DNA of 63,820 nt, the filler included, from a bacterium (GTDB taxonomy: Bacteria; JADJOY01): NCBI GenBank assembly GCA_046331705.1. It is 3 parts of 3 records of this genome, joined end to end, with 100 filler letters (N's around TTAATTAATTAA, not from the genome) between each part and the next. Parts side by side here need not be neighbours in the genome. Positions count along the whole stretch, not along the records: positions 28,755 to 55,833 come from JAXLQJ010000077.1; 2 more parts are not named here. One strand, given 5' to 3'. Below are positions 44,425-54,802 of the stretch, piece after piece. Positions within the stretch are counted from its first letter, which is position 1. Every line of letters begins with the position of its first letter. Below the pieces are notes generated by a model. The model did no database searches and was not told the DNA's origin. It saw only the letters and a list, made by a program, of their open reading frames with translations. Made by a program: the position numbers and the translations under genes.

Positions 44425-44464
44425 TCGGGCGTCGCAGGGCGCGGCACCGCCCTGCGGCGTCCGA
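44425..44464 (+). terminator. 17-bp stem hairpin directly after the secreted-protein gene
   Basis: TCGGGCGTCGCAGGGCG-CGGCAC-CGCCCTGCGGCGTCCGA, two G-U pairs on the + RNA. Confidence 0.55.
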
Positions 44465-44680
44465 TTCCGCGCTCGTCGCACCGTCGACGTGCGAGCGGCG
44501 TCACGCCGCCGGCCGACGGCCTCGCGGTCGAGACGCGCATCGACGTGGCCGCCGCGCGTACCCGCACCGGCACCTACCTGATCGCGTAGTGGCCTGGTGT
44601 CGGGCGCTCGGGCTAGCTTGGACAGCCCTTCCCGAGCAGCGCGCGGAGCGCTTCGACTTCGCGATGGGCTGGAGGAGCTC

Positions 44681-46840
44681 ATGGCTCGCACTCATTTCCG
44701 TGCCTGCAATCTCTGCGAAGCGATGTGCGGGATCGCCATCGATCACGAGGGCGAGAAGGTGCTCGCCATCCGCGGCGACAAGGACGACGTGTTCTCGCGC
44801 GGCCACATCTGCCCGAAGGCGGTCGGCCTGCAAGACATCCACGAGGATCCGGACCGGCTCCGCTGGCCCGTGAGGCGCACCGCGACGGGCTGGCAGCGCA
44901 TCGGCTGGGACGAGGCCTTCGACGAGGTGGCGCGCCGCCTGCGCGAGGTCCAGAGCGCCCACGGCAAGAACGCGGTGGGCATGTACCTCGGCAACCCGAC
45001 GGTCCACAACTACGGCTCGATCCTCTTCGGCCTGCCCTTCATCCAATCGCTCGGCACCCGCAGCCGCTACTCGGCCACGTCCGTGGATCAGCTCCCGCAC
45101 ATGCTGGCGTCGCTCAAGATGTTCGGCCACCAGATGCTGCTCACGGTGCCCGACATCGACCGCACCCAGTTCTTCCTGTGCGTGGGCGGCAACCCGGTGG
45201 TGTCGAACGGCAGCCTCATGACTGCGCCGGACGTCGCGAATCGCCTCAAGGACCTGCGCAAGCGCGGCGGCCGCTTGGTGGTCGTCGATCCGCGCCGCAC
45301 CGAGACCGCCGAGCTGGCGGATCGCCACCACTTCATCCGGCCCGGCACGGACGCGGCGCTGGTGCTCGCGATGCTGCACGTGGTCTTCGCCGAGGACCGC
45401 GCGCGGCTCGGTCGCCTCGCCGACTTCACCGACGGCGTCGCGGCGGTGCGCGAGCTGGCGAGCCGCTTTCCGCCCGAGCGCGTGGCCGCCGTCACCGGCA
45501 TTTCCGCCGCGGACATCCGCCAGCTCGCGCTCGACTTCAGCGCCGCGCCTTCGGCCATCGCGTACGGACGCGTCGGCGCCTGCACCCAGGAATTCGGCGG
45601 GCTCACGGCGTGGCTGCTCGCGGTGCTCAACGTCGTCACCGGCAATCTCGATCGCGTGGGCGGGATGATGTTCACCAAGCCCGCCGTGGATTTCGTGGCG
45701 ATCGCTTCGCTGAGCGGCCAGACCGGCCACTACGCGAAGAGCTCGAGCCGGGTACGCGGCCTGCCCGAGTTCGGCGGCGAGTACCCGGTGTCGACCCTCG
45801 CGGAGGAGATCGAGACTCCGGGCCAGGGTCAGATTCGCGCGCTGGTCACGTCGGCGGGCAATCCGGTGCTCTCGACGCCGAACGGCGCGCGTCTCGCGAA
45901 GGCGCTCGAGACGCTCGACTTCATGGTCTCGATCGACATCTACGTGAACGAGACCACGCGGCACGCGAACATCATCCTGCCGCCCACGTTCTCCCTCGAG
46001 CACGAGAACTACGACGTGGCGCTCAGCACCGTCTCCATCCGCAACGTCGCCAAGTACTCGCCGCCGCTCTTCGAGCCGGCGCACGACACGCGCCACGATT
46101 GGCAGATCTTTCTCGAGCTCACGTCGCGCATGCAGTCGAACGGCTCGGCCCTCGGGCGCGCGGCGGTGGCCGCCAAGAAGGCCGCCCTCGGCAAGCTCGG
46201 TGCGAAAGGCATGCTCGATCTGATGTTGCGCGCGGGGCCGTATGGCGTGCGCTCGCTGCCGTTCGGGCCGAACCTCTCGCTCGCGAAGGTCCAGGAGGCG
46301 GCGCACGGGATCGACCTCGGCCCGCTCGAGCCGTGCTTGCCGGCGCGCCTCAACACGCCGCAGAAGCGCATCGCGCTGGCACCCGAGGTCTTCCTGAAGG
46401 ACGTCCCTCGACTCGAAGCGAGGCTGGACGCGGCCAAGAAGGAGGCGGGCGAGCTCGAGCTCATCGGACGGCGCGATCTACGCACCAACAACTCGTGGAT
46501 GCACAACAGCCTGCGCCTGGTGAAGGGCAAGGACCGCTGCACGTTGCTCATGAATCCGGGCGACGCCAAGAAGCGCAAGCTCGTCGACGGCCAGTCGGTG
46601 CGGATCCAGTCCCGCGCCGGCGAGGTCATCGCCAAGCTCGAGATCACCGACGAGATGATGCCCGGCGTGGTGAGCTTGCCGCACGGCTGGGGCCACGCGC
46701 AGCCGGGCGTGGAGATGCGGGTGGCGCGCGAGCACGCAGGCGTGAGCATCAACGACGTCGTCGACGAGATGGCGGTGGACCTGCTCTCGGGAACGGCGGT
46801 GCTCAACGGCACCCCCGTCACGGTGACCAAGGCCGCATGA
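44681..46840 (+). CDS. Molybdopterin (Mo/W-bisPGD) oxidoreductase, stand-alone, cytoplasmic
   Basis: GGAGGA SD; CNLCEAMC...CPK 4Fe-4S motif; VVVDPRRTETA, IRPGTD, NNSWMHN, PGVVSLPHGWG; no Tat signal. Confidence 0.93.
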   Translation: MARTHFRACNLCEAMCGIAIDHEGEKVLAIRGDKDDVFSRGHICPKAVGLQDIHEDPDRLRWPVRRTATGWQRIGWDEAFDEVARRLREVQSAHGKNAVGMYLGNPTVHNYGSILFGLPFIQSLGTRSRYSATSVDQLPHMLASLKMFGHQMLLTVPDIDRTQFFLCVGGNPVVSNGSLMTAPDVANRLKDLRKRGGRLVVVDPRRTETAELADRHHFIRPGTDAALVLAMLHVVFAEDRARLGRLADFTDGVAAVRELASRFPPERVAAVTGISAADIRQLALDFSAAPSAIAYGRVGACTQEFGGLTAWLLAVLNVVTGNLDRVGGMMFTKPAVDFVAIASLSGQTGHYAKSSSRVRGLPEFGGEYPVSTLAEEIETPGQGQIRALVTSAGNPVLSTPNGARLAKALETLDFMVSIDIYVNETTRHANIILPPTFSLEHENYDVALSTVSIRNVAKYSPPLFEPAHDTRHDWQIFLELTSRMQSNGSALGRAAVAAKKAALGKLGAKGMLDLMLRAGPYGVRSLPFGPNLSLAKVQEAAHGIDLGPLEPCLPARLNTPQKRIALAPEVFLKDVPRLEARLDAAKKEAGELELIGRRDLRTNNSWMHNSLRLVKGKDRCTLLMNPGDAKKRKLVDGQSVRIQSRAGEVIAKLEITDEMMPGVVSLPHGWGHAQPGVEMRVAREHAGVSINDVVDEMAVDLLSGTAVLNGTPVTVTKAA

Positions 46841-46973
46841 GCATCGGGGAAGCGATCGTGAGCGACGTGCGCGCGGATCGTGAGGATCCGCCCGTCGGCT
46901 CGTACGGTCGCGCGCGGCTTCGGCCCTCGATTCGCAGGCGTTCGGACGCCGACCCGTCATCGCAGGTGAATCG

Positions 46974-47273
46974 ATGAAGGCGCTCCAGCTCCTTTTCGAG
47001 CTGCCGATGTTGGGCCTGATCTGTGTCTTCTTCGCGCACACGATCCGCGCTGTCGTGCCGTGGGCGACGCGGCATCCCGCTGGGTGGCTCGTCGTTGCGC
47101 TGTTGTGCTTGTTCGCGGGGACCTTCGTGTTCGCGTGGCTCATGTCGCCGCGCGGTGACACGCTCGGATACTGGGCCGAGAGTCGTCGTCGCCGCAAGCG
47201 TGCTCCCCCCCGTCCGATCCAAGAGCGGGCGAAGGCGACGCGGATGCATTCGAGGAGCGAGTCGCGCGGCTGA
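46974..47273 (+). CDS. Small hypothetical membrane protein (2 TM)
   Basis: AGGTG SD; two hydrophobic helices and a basic tail. Confidence 0.55.
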   Translation: MKALQLLFELPMLGLICVFFAHTIRAVVPWATRHPAGWLVVALLCLFAGTFVFAWLMSPRGDTLGYWAESRRRRKRAPPRPIQERAKATRMHSRSESRG

Positions 47274-47307
47274 CCGCCGCTGCGCGCGAGGTCGAGGAGG
47301 AAACCCG

Positions 47308-49047
47308 ATGACTTCTTTCTTCCAGGATGGTCCGGAGCTCGGGAATCAGTATCTCGAGGACCGCGTGCTGCGCTCGTTCCTGGTGCGGCGGCTGCCGCCC
47401 GCGATGCTCGCCGAGATCGAGCCCGAGCTGATCCGCTTCGGCCACCGCGTCGCCACCGAGATCGCCGAGCTCGGCCGCCAGGCGGAGCGCCAGGAGCCCG
47501 AGCACGTTCCGTTCGACCCCTGGGGCCGCCGCATCGACGAGGTTCGCGTCTCGCAAGCGTGGACCGCCCTCGACCGTGTCTCGGCCGAGGAGGGGATCGT
47601 CGCGATCGGTTACGAGCGCGCCCACGGTGCGAGCTCGCGCGTGCACCAGTTCGCGAAGCTCTATCTCTTCGCGCCCTCGTCGGCGGTGTATTCCTGTCCG
47701 CTCGCCATGACCGACGGCGCCGCGCGCGCGCTCGAGCTCTACGGCGATCACGAGAGCCTCGCCGCGGCCTACAAGCACCTCACCTCGCGTGAGCCCTCGC
47801 TCTTCTGGACCTCGGGTCAGTGGATGACCGAGCGCACCGGCGGCTCGGACGTGAGCGGCACCACCACCGTCGCGCGCCCGATCGCGGGCGAGCCGGGGAT
47901 GTATCGGCTCTACGGCGACAAGTGGTTCACCTCCGCCACCACCTCGCAGATGGCGATGGCGTTGGCGCGCATCGAAGGCGCCGAGGAGGGCAGCCACGGG
48001 CTTTCGCTCTTCTTCCTCGAGCTGCGCGACGCGGACGGGAGCCTCCAGGGCATCCGGGTGAATCGCCTCAAGGACAAGCTGGGGACGCGGGCGCTGCCCA
48101 CCGCGGAGCTCACCCTCGAAGGCACGCGCGCGCGGCTCGTGGGCGGCGAGGGCCACGGGGTGCGCAAGATCGCCTCGCTCTTCAACATCACGCGCATCTA
48201 CAACGCGTGCTGCGCCACCGCGAGCATGCGCCGTGGGCTGGCGCTGGCTCGGGACTACGCGCGCCACCGTGTCGCCTTCGGCAAGAAGCTCGCCGACCAG
48301 CCGTTGCACCTGGAAACGCTCGCGGCTCTCGATCTCGAGCTGGAGGCGGCGTTCCACCTCACGTTCCGCTGCGTCGAGCTTCTCGGGAAGGACGAATGCG
48401 GCGAGGCGACGGCGGCGGAGACCGCGACGCTGCGCATGCTCACGCCGCTCGCCAAGCTCTACACCGGACGGCAGACGGTCGCGAGCGCCAGCGAGATCCT
48501 CGAGAGCTTCGGCGGCGCCGGCTACGTGGAGGACACCGGGCTTCCCACGATCCTGCGTGACGCGCAGGTGCTCTCGATCTGGGAGGGCACGACCAACGTG
48601 CTGAGCCTCGACACCCTGCGCGCCATCGAACGCGAGCGCGCCTTCGGCCCGTTTCTCGCCGACCTCGACGCGCGGCTCGCCACCGTCGATCGCCCCGAGC
48701 TCGCACCCGCGGTGAAGCGGGTGCGCGAGGCCGCCAAGGCGATCGAGAGCTACCTCGCCGCGGCGATGCAGGACGGTCTCGAGTTCGTCGAAGCGGGCGC
48801 GCGCTCGTTCGCGTTCTCGCTCGCGCGCACGTACGCCGGAGCGCTGCTCTGCGAGCACGCCAGCTGGTCGCTGGTGCACGAGCGGGATGCGCGCGCGGCG
48901 ACCAGCGCGCTGCGCTGGTGCGCGAGCGAGCTTGCGCCGCTGATTCACGCCGACGAGCATCACCGTGCGGCTTCGCGTGCGCTGGCGCTCGACGAGGTGC
49001 TGCCCGCCGGCGAGATCCCCCGCGAGCGCGCCCGCAAGAGCGCCTGA
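47308..49047 (+). CDS. Acyl-CoA dehydrogenase, AidB-like subfamily
   Basis: GAGGAGG SD; FDPWGRRIDEV, CPLAMTDG, GQWMTERTGGSDV, KWFTSA, RLKDKLGTRALPTAE, IWEGTTNV. Confidence 0.93.
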   Translation: MTSFFQDGPELGNQYLEDRVLRSFLVRRLPPAMLAEIEPELIRFGHRVATEIAELGRQAERQEPEHVPFDPWGRRIDEVRVSQAWTALDRVSAEEGIVAIGYERAHGASSRVHQFAKLYLFAPSSAVYSCPLAMTDGAARALELYGDHESLAAAYKHLTSREPSLFWTSGQWMTERTGGSDVSGTTTVARPIAGEPGMYRLYGDKWFTSATTSQMAMALARIEGAEEGSHGLSLFFLELRDADGSLQGIRVNRLKDKLGTRALPTAELTLEGTRARLVGGEGHGVRKIASLFNITRIYNACCATASMRRGLALARDYARHRVAFGKKLADQPLHLETLAALDLELEAAFHLTFRCVELLGKDECGEATAAETATLRMLTPLAKLYTGRQTVASASEILESFGGAGYVEDTGLPTILRDAQVLSIWEGTTNVLSLDTLRAIERERAFGPFLADLDARLATVDRPELAPAVKRVREAAKAIESYLAAAMQDGLEFVEAGARSFAFSLARTYAGALLCEHASWSLVHERDARAATSALRWCASELAPLIHADEHHRAASRALALDEVLPAGEIPRERARKSA

Positions 49048-49135
49048 CGCGTCCCCGGGAAGGCTGCGGTCTTTCGCAGCCGCACGGCGACCGGGCGGAC
49101 GCGACGGAGCGCGTCCCGCCCTGGTTCGCTGCGCT

Positions 49136-50995
49136 TCAGCCTGGGCGGAACTGGGGCCGGAAGAGCACCAGCGGGGGCCCCTCGGGCGCGCGCGCTCGAT
49201 AGCTCACGCTCAGCACCGCTGCATTGCCGGTGGGCACCTCGATCGCGAGCTTGTCCTCGTCGCGGCCGATCTCGATACGCGCCAGGATCGCGGCATCGCC
49301 GTAGATCGTGACGGTTCCGAGCGGCGGGCGATCCACGCTGCGACCCTTCGTCGCGAGCTCCGCCATCCGGTCGAGTCGCGCGGTGAATCCCGTGGCGTCG
49401 TCGGGCACGGCGAACGTCAGCGAGCCGGTCTTCCGCAGCACGGCCTGATCGCCTTCGAGCACGACCGGCGGATCGGTCTCGACGATGCCCTCGCCGCGCG
49501 GCACGCTCACGCACAGGATCCGCGGACCGCTCCAGATCCCGGCGGGCACCAGCAGCGAGGGCGAATCGAGCGGTACGCCGCACGCGGTGGCCGCGGCGAC
49601 CAGCTCGGGGGACTCGGCGAGCGCCGGGCAATCCACGAGCCCGCCGTCGCGGGTGAGGAAGTAGCCGTTCGGCCCGCAATCGTCCGGCGCCGCAACGGTG
49701 CGCTCGACCTCGAGCGTCACGCGCGACCCGCACAGGCCCGAGAGCGGCACACGGCCGTCCGCCGGCATCATGAAGGCGATCGCGCGATCGCCATCGTCGA
49801 GGCCGAGCGGGAAGAGCGTGGCGGGTGCGTGGTGGAAGCAATCGTTCGCCGCGAGGCCATCGATGAGTTTTCGGGAATCGCGGATCTCCCACTCGCGGCT
49901 GATGAAGGAACGCAGGTTGGCGTGGGCGATCGCGCCCAGCGCCAGCGCGACGGCGACGGCCACCGGCCAGCGCTGAACCAGCTCCGCTCTCGGCACGAGC
50001 CGCGCGAGATCCGCGATGACCCAGCCGGCCAGCGCCGCGCTGCACACGTAGAGCAGCGGGAAGTGGTAGGTGTCGGGTGACGGGTGGAAGAGCCCGGGGA
50101 TCACCGACACGCACGCAACCATCGAGAAGATCCACCACGGCGCCGCAGCGCGCGTGCGCACGCCCTGAACGATCGCCGCCGCCAGCGCGACGAGGATCGC
50201 GGTCGACTCGTGATCCGCCACCTGCACGAGGTGGCGCCAGATCACCGATGGCGAGAGTGCGAGCGTGAAGGGCCGATGCGGGTCGCGCACGTAGAGGATG
50301 AGGAAGATCGCGTCCAGGACGGCCACGGAGACGAGCGGCCACCAGGCGCGCGGTCGCCGCGGCGCGCGTACCGCGAAGATCACGGCGAGCACCATCGGCG
50401 TGCCGACCCCGATCTCGAAGCTCGCCAGCGCGAGAACGCTCGCCGCGACGCACGCCGCCCCCGAGCGCCAGCTCGCGCGGCTCGTGAAGCGCTGCGCGCA
50501 GAGCAGCGCCAGCAGTGTGAACAGGATGCAGAGCTGGGACGACCACCAGGACACCCAGGTCGCCAGGATCGCGATTCGCCCGCTGGTCACGTAGAAGATC
50601 CCGGCGAGGGTGGCCGCCAACCGCGACTGCACGGTCGCGTGCACCCACGCGGCCGTGGCGAGGCCCGTGGCCGTCACGAGCGCCACGCACACGACGCGCG
50701 AGGGAAGGCGCGCGTCGAGGCCCAAGGCACCGATCGCGAGCGACAGCAGCTCTTGAAGCGGGCGGAATCGTCCGAAGACCTGCGCGTTGGCGACGTCGGT
50801 GAAGAGCCGGCCGAGATCGACCGGAGCGAAGAGCCAGGTGTAGTCGTCGCGCCACCAGCCCAGCGCGAGCGACGGCGCATACGCCACCGCTGCGGCGAGC
50901 ACGACGCACGCGATCGCCGAGCGGCCGAGCGTCTCGTCGGAGGCGGCACGGAGCGCGCCGGCGCGGCTCGCGCTCGAGGAAGGGGAAGGGCTCAC
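49136..50995 (-). CDS. GT-C-like polytopic membrane protein with C-terminal NPCBM-like beta domain
   Basis: TM1 then WWRDDY...FRPL loop; about 10 TM; soluble C-terminus SLTFAVP..ATGFTARL...VTIYGD. Confidence 0.6.
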   Translation of the reverse strand: MSPSPSSSASRAGALRAASDETLGRSAIACVVLAAAVAYAPSLALGWWRDDYTWLFAPVDLGRLFTDVANAQVFGRFRPLQELLSLAIGALGLDARLPSRVVCVALVTATGLATAAWVHATVQSRLAATLAGIFYVTSGRIAILATWVSWWSSQLCILFTLLALLCAQRFTSRASWRSGAACVAASVLALASFEIGVGTPMVLAVIFAVRAPRRPRAWWPLVSVAVLDAIFLILYVRDPHRPFTLALSPSVIWRHLVQVADHESTAILVALAAAIVQGVRTRAAAPWWIFSMVACVSVIPGLFHPSPDTYHFPLLYVCSAALAGWVIADLARLVPRAELVQRWPVAVAVALALGAIAHANLRSFISREWEIRDSRKLIDGLAANDCFHHAPATLFPLGLDDGDRAIAFMMPADGRVPLSGLCGSRVTLEVERTVAAPDDCGPNGYFLTRDGGLVDCPALAESPELVAAATACGVPLDSPSLLVPAGIWSGPRILCVSVPRGEGIVETDPPVVLEGDQAVLRKTGSLTFAVPDDATGFTARLDRMAELATKGRSVDRPPLGTVTIYGDAAILARIEIGRDEDKLAIEVPTGNAAVLSVSYRARAPEGPPLVLFRPQFRPG

Positions 50996-51117
50996 GTCGA
51001 TGCTCGTCGGTACGTCGGCTCGTCAGCTCGTCGGCGACCCGCGGCACCGATCGTGGCGCGCGCTCGTCGTCGCGCCTACGTTGCACGATCCCCGTCGCTA
51101 CTGGAAGATCAGCGCCC

Positions 51118-52188
51118 GTGTGGATCGAGACTCTGGGGCGCGCTCTCGACCGGTGCGGCCGCGCGCCGGCGCGGCTCTTCGGGCGGGTGCCGCCGCGCGC
51201 GCTGGTCGCCGGCGCGTTGCTCGGGGGGCTCGCGGTGCGCGTGATCGCGCTCTGCGCGATCGAGCCCAGCCCTCACGAGGCGCACTACCTGCGCGACGCG
51301 CACACGGTTCTGGAGCGCGGCATGAGCGAAGGCCTGCGCGGCTCGGTCCACGGCTGGCTCGCGGCACTCGCGAACGCGCAGCTGCTACGGGTGTGGCCGG
51401 ACGCTGCCGAGCGCGAGCTGCGCTGGGCCCAGCTCGCTCATTCGATGCTCGCGCTGGTCGCGGTGTGGCTCGTCGGACGCGCTGCCGCTGGCGAGCGCGC
51501 GGCGGCCTTCGCCGTGCTGGTCCACGCGCTCACCCCGAACGCCGTCTTCTACGCGGCGTCGGCGGAGCCCTATGCGGCGCACCTGGTGCTCGTCACCGCG
51601 ATGCTCGCGGCCTACGTCGCGTTCGTTCGCCGAGCCTCGCCCGGGCGCGGTGCTTGGGTGGCGCTGGTCTCGACCGTGGCGGCGCTTCATCACCCCGTGG
51701 CCCTGGTGAACGCCGCGGCGCTCGGTCTCCATGCGCTCGCCACCGGCGCCGTCTCGCGCCGCGCGCGGCTGCAACGCTGCCTACCCTTCGTGATCGCGCT
51801 CGCAGCCGCTGCGCCCATGCTGCGGATGGGCCAGCCGAGCCACGCGCGGAACTGGCTGGGTGCCACCATCCCGTACTTCTTCTCGATCGACGTGGTGGGC
51901 TCGGTCGTGGTGTTTCTGGTGCTCTGGGATGCTTGCGCCGAGCGCCTCGAGCCGGTCTGGCGCGATGTCTTGCCGTGGGCATTCGTGGTGCCCGTGCTCT
52001 TCTGGCTCCCCCACGGCCGCCTCCAGTATCTGCTGCCGGGAAGCGTGCCCATGGCGATCGTGGTCGGCGCGGCGCTCGCGAGCGGTGCGCGGGTGCGGGT
52101 GGTCGGCGCGATGCTCTTCTTCGTTGCGGCGAATGCGCTCTCCGCGATCGCCGACGGCTTGCACGCGCTCGCTCGCGGCGGAGGTTGA
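51118..52188 (+). CDS. GT-C/PMT(ArnT)-like membrane protein
   Basis: TM1 then HEAHY loop; ALTPNAVFYA...EPY; multiple TM; RLQYLLP. Confidence 0.6.
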   Translation: MWIETLGRALDRCGRAPARLFGRVPPRALVAGALLGGLAVRVIALCAIEPSPHEAHYLRDAHTVLERGMSEGLRGSVHGWLAALANAQLLRVWPDAAERELRWAQLAHSMLALVAVWLVGRAAAGERAAAFAVLVHALTPNAVFYAASAEPYAAHLVLVTAMLAAYVAFVRRASPGRGAWVALVSTVAALHHPVALVNAAALGLHALATGAVSRRARLQRCLPFVIALAAAAPMLRMGQPSHARNWLGATIPYFFSIDVVGSVVVFLVLWDACAERLEPVWRDVLPWAFVVPVLFWLPHGRLQYLLPGSVPMAIVVGAALASGARVRVVGAMLFFVAANALSAIADGLHALARGGG

Positions 52189-52190
52189 GC

Positions 52191-52460
52191 GTGAATCGAT
52201 TCGACCCCAGCGCTCACGCCAACTACCTGACCACGCTGCTCGCGATCGGCATCGCGCTCGAACGCTTGGTGCCCGAGCCGGGAACGGCGGCGCTGACGCG
52301 GATCGTCGCGCTCGTGCGCGGGCTCGAGGCGTGGTTCCGCTCGCGCATCCCGCCTTTGCGCAGCCGACCGAAGCTCTTCACCGAGCTGACGATCCTCGCC
52401 GCCGCGATCGTCGTGCGCGCGGTGGCGTTCGTGGTCGTTCACGCATTCGTCTCCCCCTGA
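52191..52460 (+). CDS. Small hypothetical membrane protein (89 aa)
   Basis: GGAGG SD before GTG 52191; C-terminal TM. Confidence 0.5.
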   Translation: MNRFDPSAHANYLTTLLAIGIALERLVPEPGTAALTRIVALVRGLEAWFRSRIPPLRSRPKLFTELTILAAAIVVRAVAFVVVHAFVSP

Positions 52461-54604
52461 GTCGCGCGCGGCGGCTGGCCGCGCAGCTCCAGCCAGTCGA
52501 GTCGCAGGCCCGCGTTGCCGGGATCCTCGACCTCGAGGTGGATGCGCTGGGGCGCTTTCCCCGCGACCGCGAAGCGCAGCGCCACCAGGCGATAGTCGCC
52601 GTTCGCCGGGAAGTCCCCCGCGGGAAAGCTGCGCTCGGCGAGCACCGTGCCCCGCTCGGCGTCGCGAGCCAGCAGTCGAAACGCATAGGCCGGAGCCGTC
52701 GCCGCTGGCGCGAGGGCGGCGCGCAGACGCACGCGGTAGCGACCCGGTGCCAATTCATCCGTCCACCGGACGGGAATCGGCGCCCCCCACCACGAGGCTC
52801 GCGCGGCGTTGCCGGAGGCCGCGGGGTCGAAGCGGTTGCGCGCCAAGCACGTGCCACCGGCCGTGGTCGCGTGGGCGGCACCGGAAGGCAGGTACTCCGC
52901 CTCCTTGCGACGGCAATCGGTCAGGCAGCGGTCGTCCGGCGCCTCGTCCGCGCCCTCGCGGTGGAGGAGCAGCACGCCTCCCCAACGTGCCGCGCGGCGA
53001 AATCCCCGTCGTCGCAGCAGGGCGAGCGTGCGCGCAAGCTCGCCATCCGAGAGACTCGGCACACGCGGAAACTCCGCGCTCAGCACGACCCACGAGGCGC
53101 CGCGCACGTCCGGGAACAGGGTGAGCTCGCTGCGCCCCGCGAACGCGAGCAGGAACGGATACTGGGCGCTCACGGCGGCGTCGCGCGGAATCCGGTCGAA
53201 GAGTCGCTCGATCTCGCGGGACCAGGAGCGGTGGAAGCGGAAGTAGCTCGCCACGTAGACCGCATCCATCAGCGCGCCTTCCGTACCGTGCTCGGATCGG
53301 ACGCGCGCGCCCTCGAAGCAGCGCGGCTCGGCGAGCGCGAGCCACGCCGCGCCAGCGACGCGTGCCAACACCAGCGCGCCGATCGCGAGCGTCACCGCGT
53401 GCCGCGGCACCCCTCGCACCGGCGTCCTCTTCGTGGTGCGGCTCGCGGTACCTCGCGCGAGCCTCGCGAGGGCGCGGCGGGTGATCCACTCGTCGAGCCG
53501 CACCGCGCCGCGTGCGAACGCCGCGGCGGCGAACGGGTAGGCGGGCGCCCAGTACCAGTTGCTGATCGACGAGACGTGCGGCGCCGACGCGAGCGCGATC
53601 TCCAGGTACTGGGACGCCGGCACCAGCAGCAAGCCGGGCGCCAGGAGCGGCACGAATCCGAGGCCGGAGAGATAGCGCAGGAAGAAATCACCTGCATCGC
53701 CGATGGCCAGCACGCGCGCGAACGTCGCGAGCGGGTGAGCGAGCACGTGCGCGGCCACCGCCCAGTAGCTGTGGCCAAGGGCGCGGAACCAGGGAAAGCC
53801 GAGCCCGCCTTGACCGGGTGTCGCGCCGAAATGCGGCATCACGACTCCGGTGATGAGCGCGAACCCACCGACTCCGGCGAGCGGCGGAAACCAGAGCCAG
53901 AGCCCACGGCGGCGCTCGAGCAACGCCGGCAGCACGAAGCCCGCGACCACCAGCGGCACGTCCTCCTTGCAGCAGCTTGCGAGCACGCACCAGCACACGA
54001 ACGCGGCGCGGCGCTTCTTGTCGAAGGCTGCCACCGCCAGCGCGAGCAGAAACGCGGCGATGACGGTGTCGCGGACTCCCTGATTGGCGAGCCGGATCGC
54101 GAGCGGATTGAAGAGCAGCGCCGCCACCACGATCCGCGCGAGCGCCCGCTCGCCACCGCGCCGCAGCACGATCCCGTGCGCCACGAGCGCCGACGCGAGG
54201 ATGGCGGCGAGCGGGAACGTCGCGACCAGCACCCGCGGCGGCAGGAGCTCGGCGAGCGGCGCCAGGAGCGCGTAGATCGGCGCGAAGTGCTGCTGCCCGA
54301 GAAATCGCGTCGAGTGGTAGATCGACTCGGCGAAGCGATGCTCGTGCCAGAGCGAATGCATGAGCTGCAGGAAGAGCGCCTGATCCTGGGTCGCGTGGAG
54401 GTACGTGAACGTCCAGAGCCGCGCACCCTCGATGCAGCAAGCGAGCAGCGCGAACGCGAGCACCAGCCCCAGCACCCACGGATCGGGGCGGAGGTTGCGC
54501 GCCGCGACCGCGATCCGCCCGGCCGAAGCCGGTGCGAGGCGCCGCGGCGCCACGTGCTCGAAGCGAGAAGAGTCCCGGCGAGGCGAAATCTGGGCGAGCG
54601 GCAT
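52439..54604 (-). CDS. DUF2079-like (GT-C-type) membrane protein with soluble C-terminal domain
   Basis: AGGAGA SD; DQALFLQ, HFAPIYALLAP, CKED, NWYWAPAYP. Confidence 0.75.
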   Translation of the reverse strand: MPLAQISPRRDSSRFEHVAPRRLAPASAGRIAVAARNLRPDPWVLGLVLAFALLACCIEGARLWTFTYLHATQDQALFLQLMHSLWHEHRFAESIYHSTRFLGQQHFAPIYALLAPLAELLPPRVLVATFPLAAILASALVAHGIVLRRGGERALARIVVAALLFNPLAIRLANQGVRDTVIAAFLLALAVAAFDKKRRAAFVCWCVLASCCKEDVPLVVAGFVLPALLERRRGLWLWFPPLAGVGGFALITGVVMPHFGATPGQGGLGFPWFRALGHSYWAVAAHVLAHPLATFARVLAIGDAGDFFLRYLSGLGFVPLLAPGLLLVPASQYLEIALASAPHVSSISNWYWAPAYPFAAAAFARGAVRLDEWITRRALARLARGTASRTTKRTPVRGVPRHAVTLAIGALVLARVAGAAWLALAEPRCFEGARVRSEHGTEGALMDAVYVASYFRFHRSWSREIERLFDRIPRDAAVSAQYPFLLAFAGRSELTLFPDVRGASWVVLSAEFPRVPSLSDGELARTLALLRRRGFRRAARWGGVLLLHREGADEAPDDRCLTDCRRKEAEYLPSGAAHATTAGGTCLARNRFDPAASGNAARASWWGAPIPVRWTDELAPGRYRVRLRAALAPAATAPAYAFRLLARDAERGTVLAERSFPAGDFPANGDYRLVALRFAVAGKAPQRIHLEVEDPGNAGLRLDWLELRGQPPRATQGETNA

Positions 54605-54802
54605 TCCGCGTCTCCTGCGCACGAGATCGAGGCCGTGAGGCCCGCGCGGGAGAGCGAGCGCAACGCGCAAGACGAGCGCGCCGCGGTTCGCCGCGGGTGC
54701 TGACGACTACGGGGAACGTCGGTTTTGCGTTTGGAAGCGGTGCCGGGGAGGTCGCCGCCCGTGGCGAAGATACTCGGCGCGCCTCTCGTGGCAAGCCCCG
54801 AT

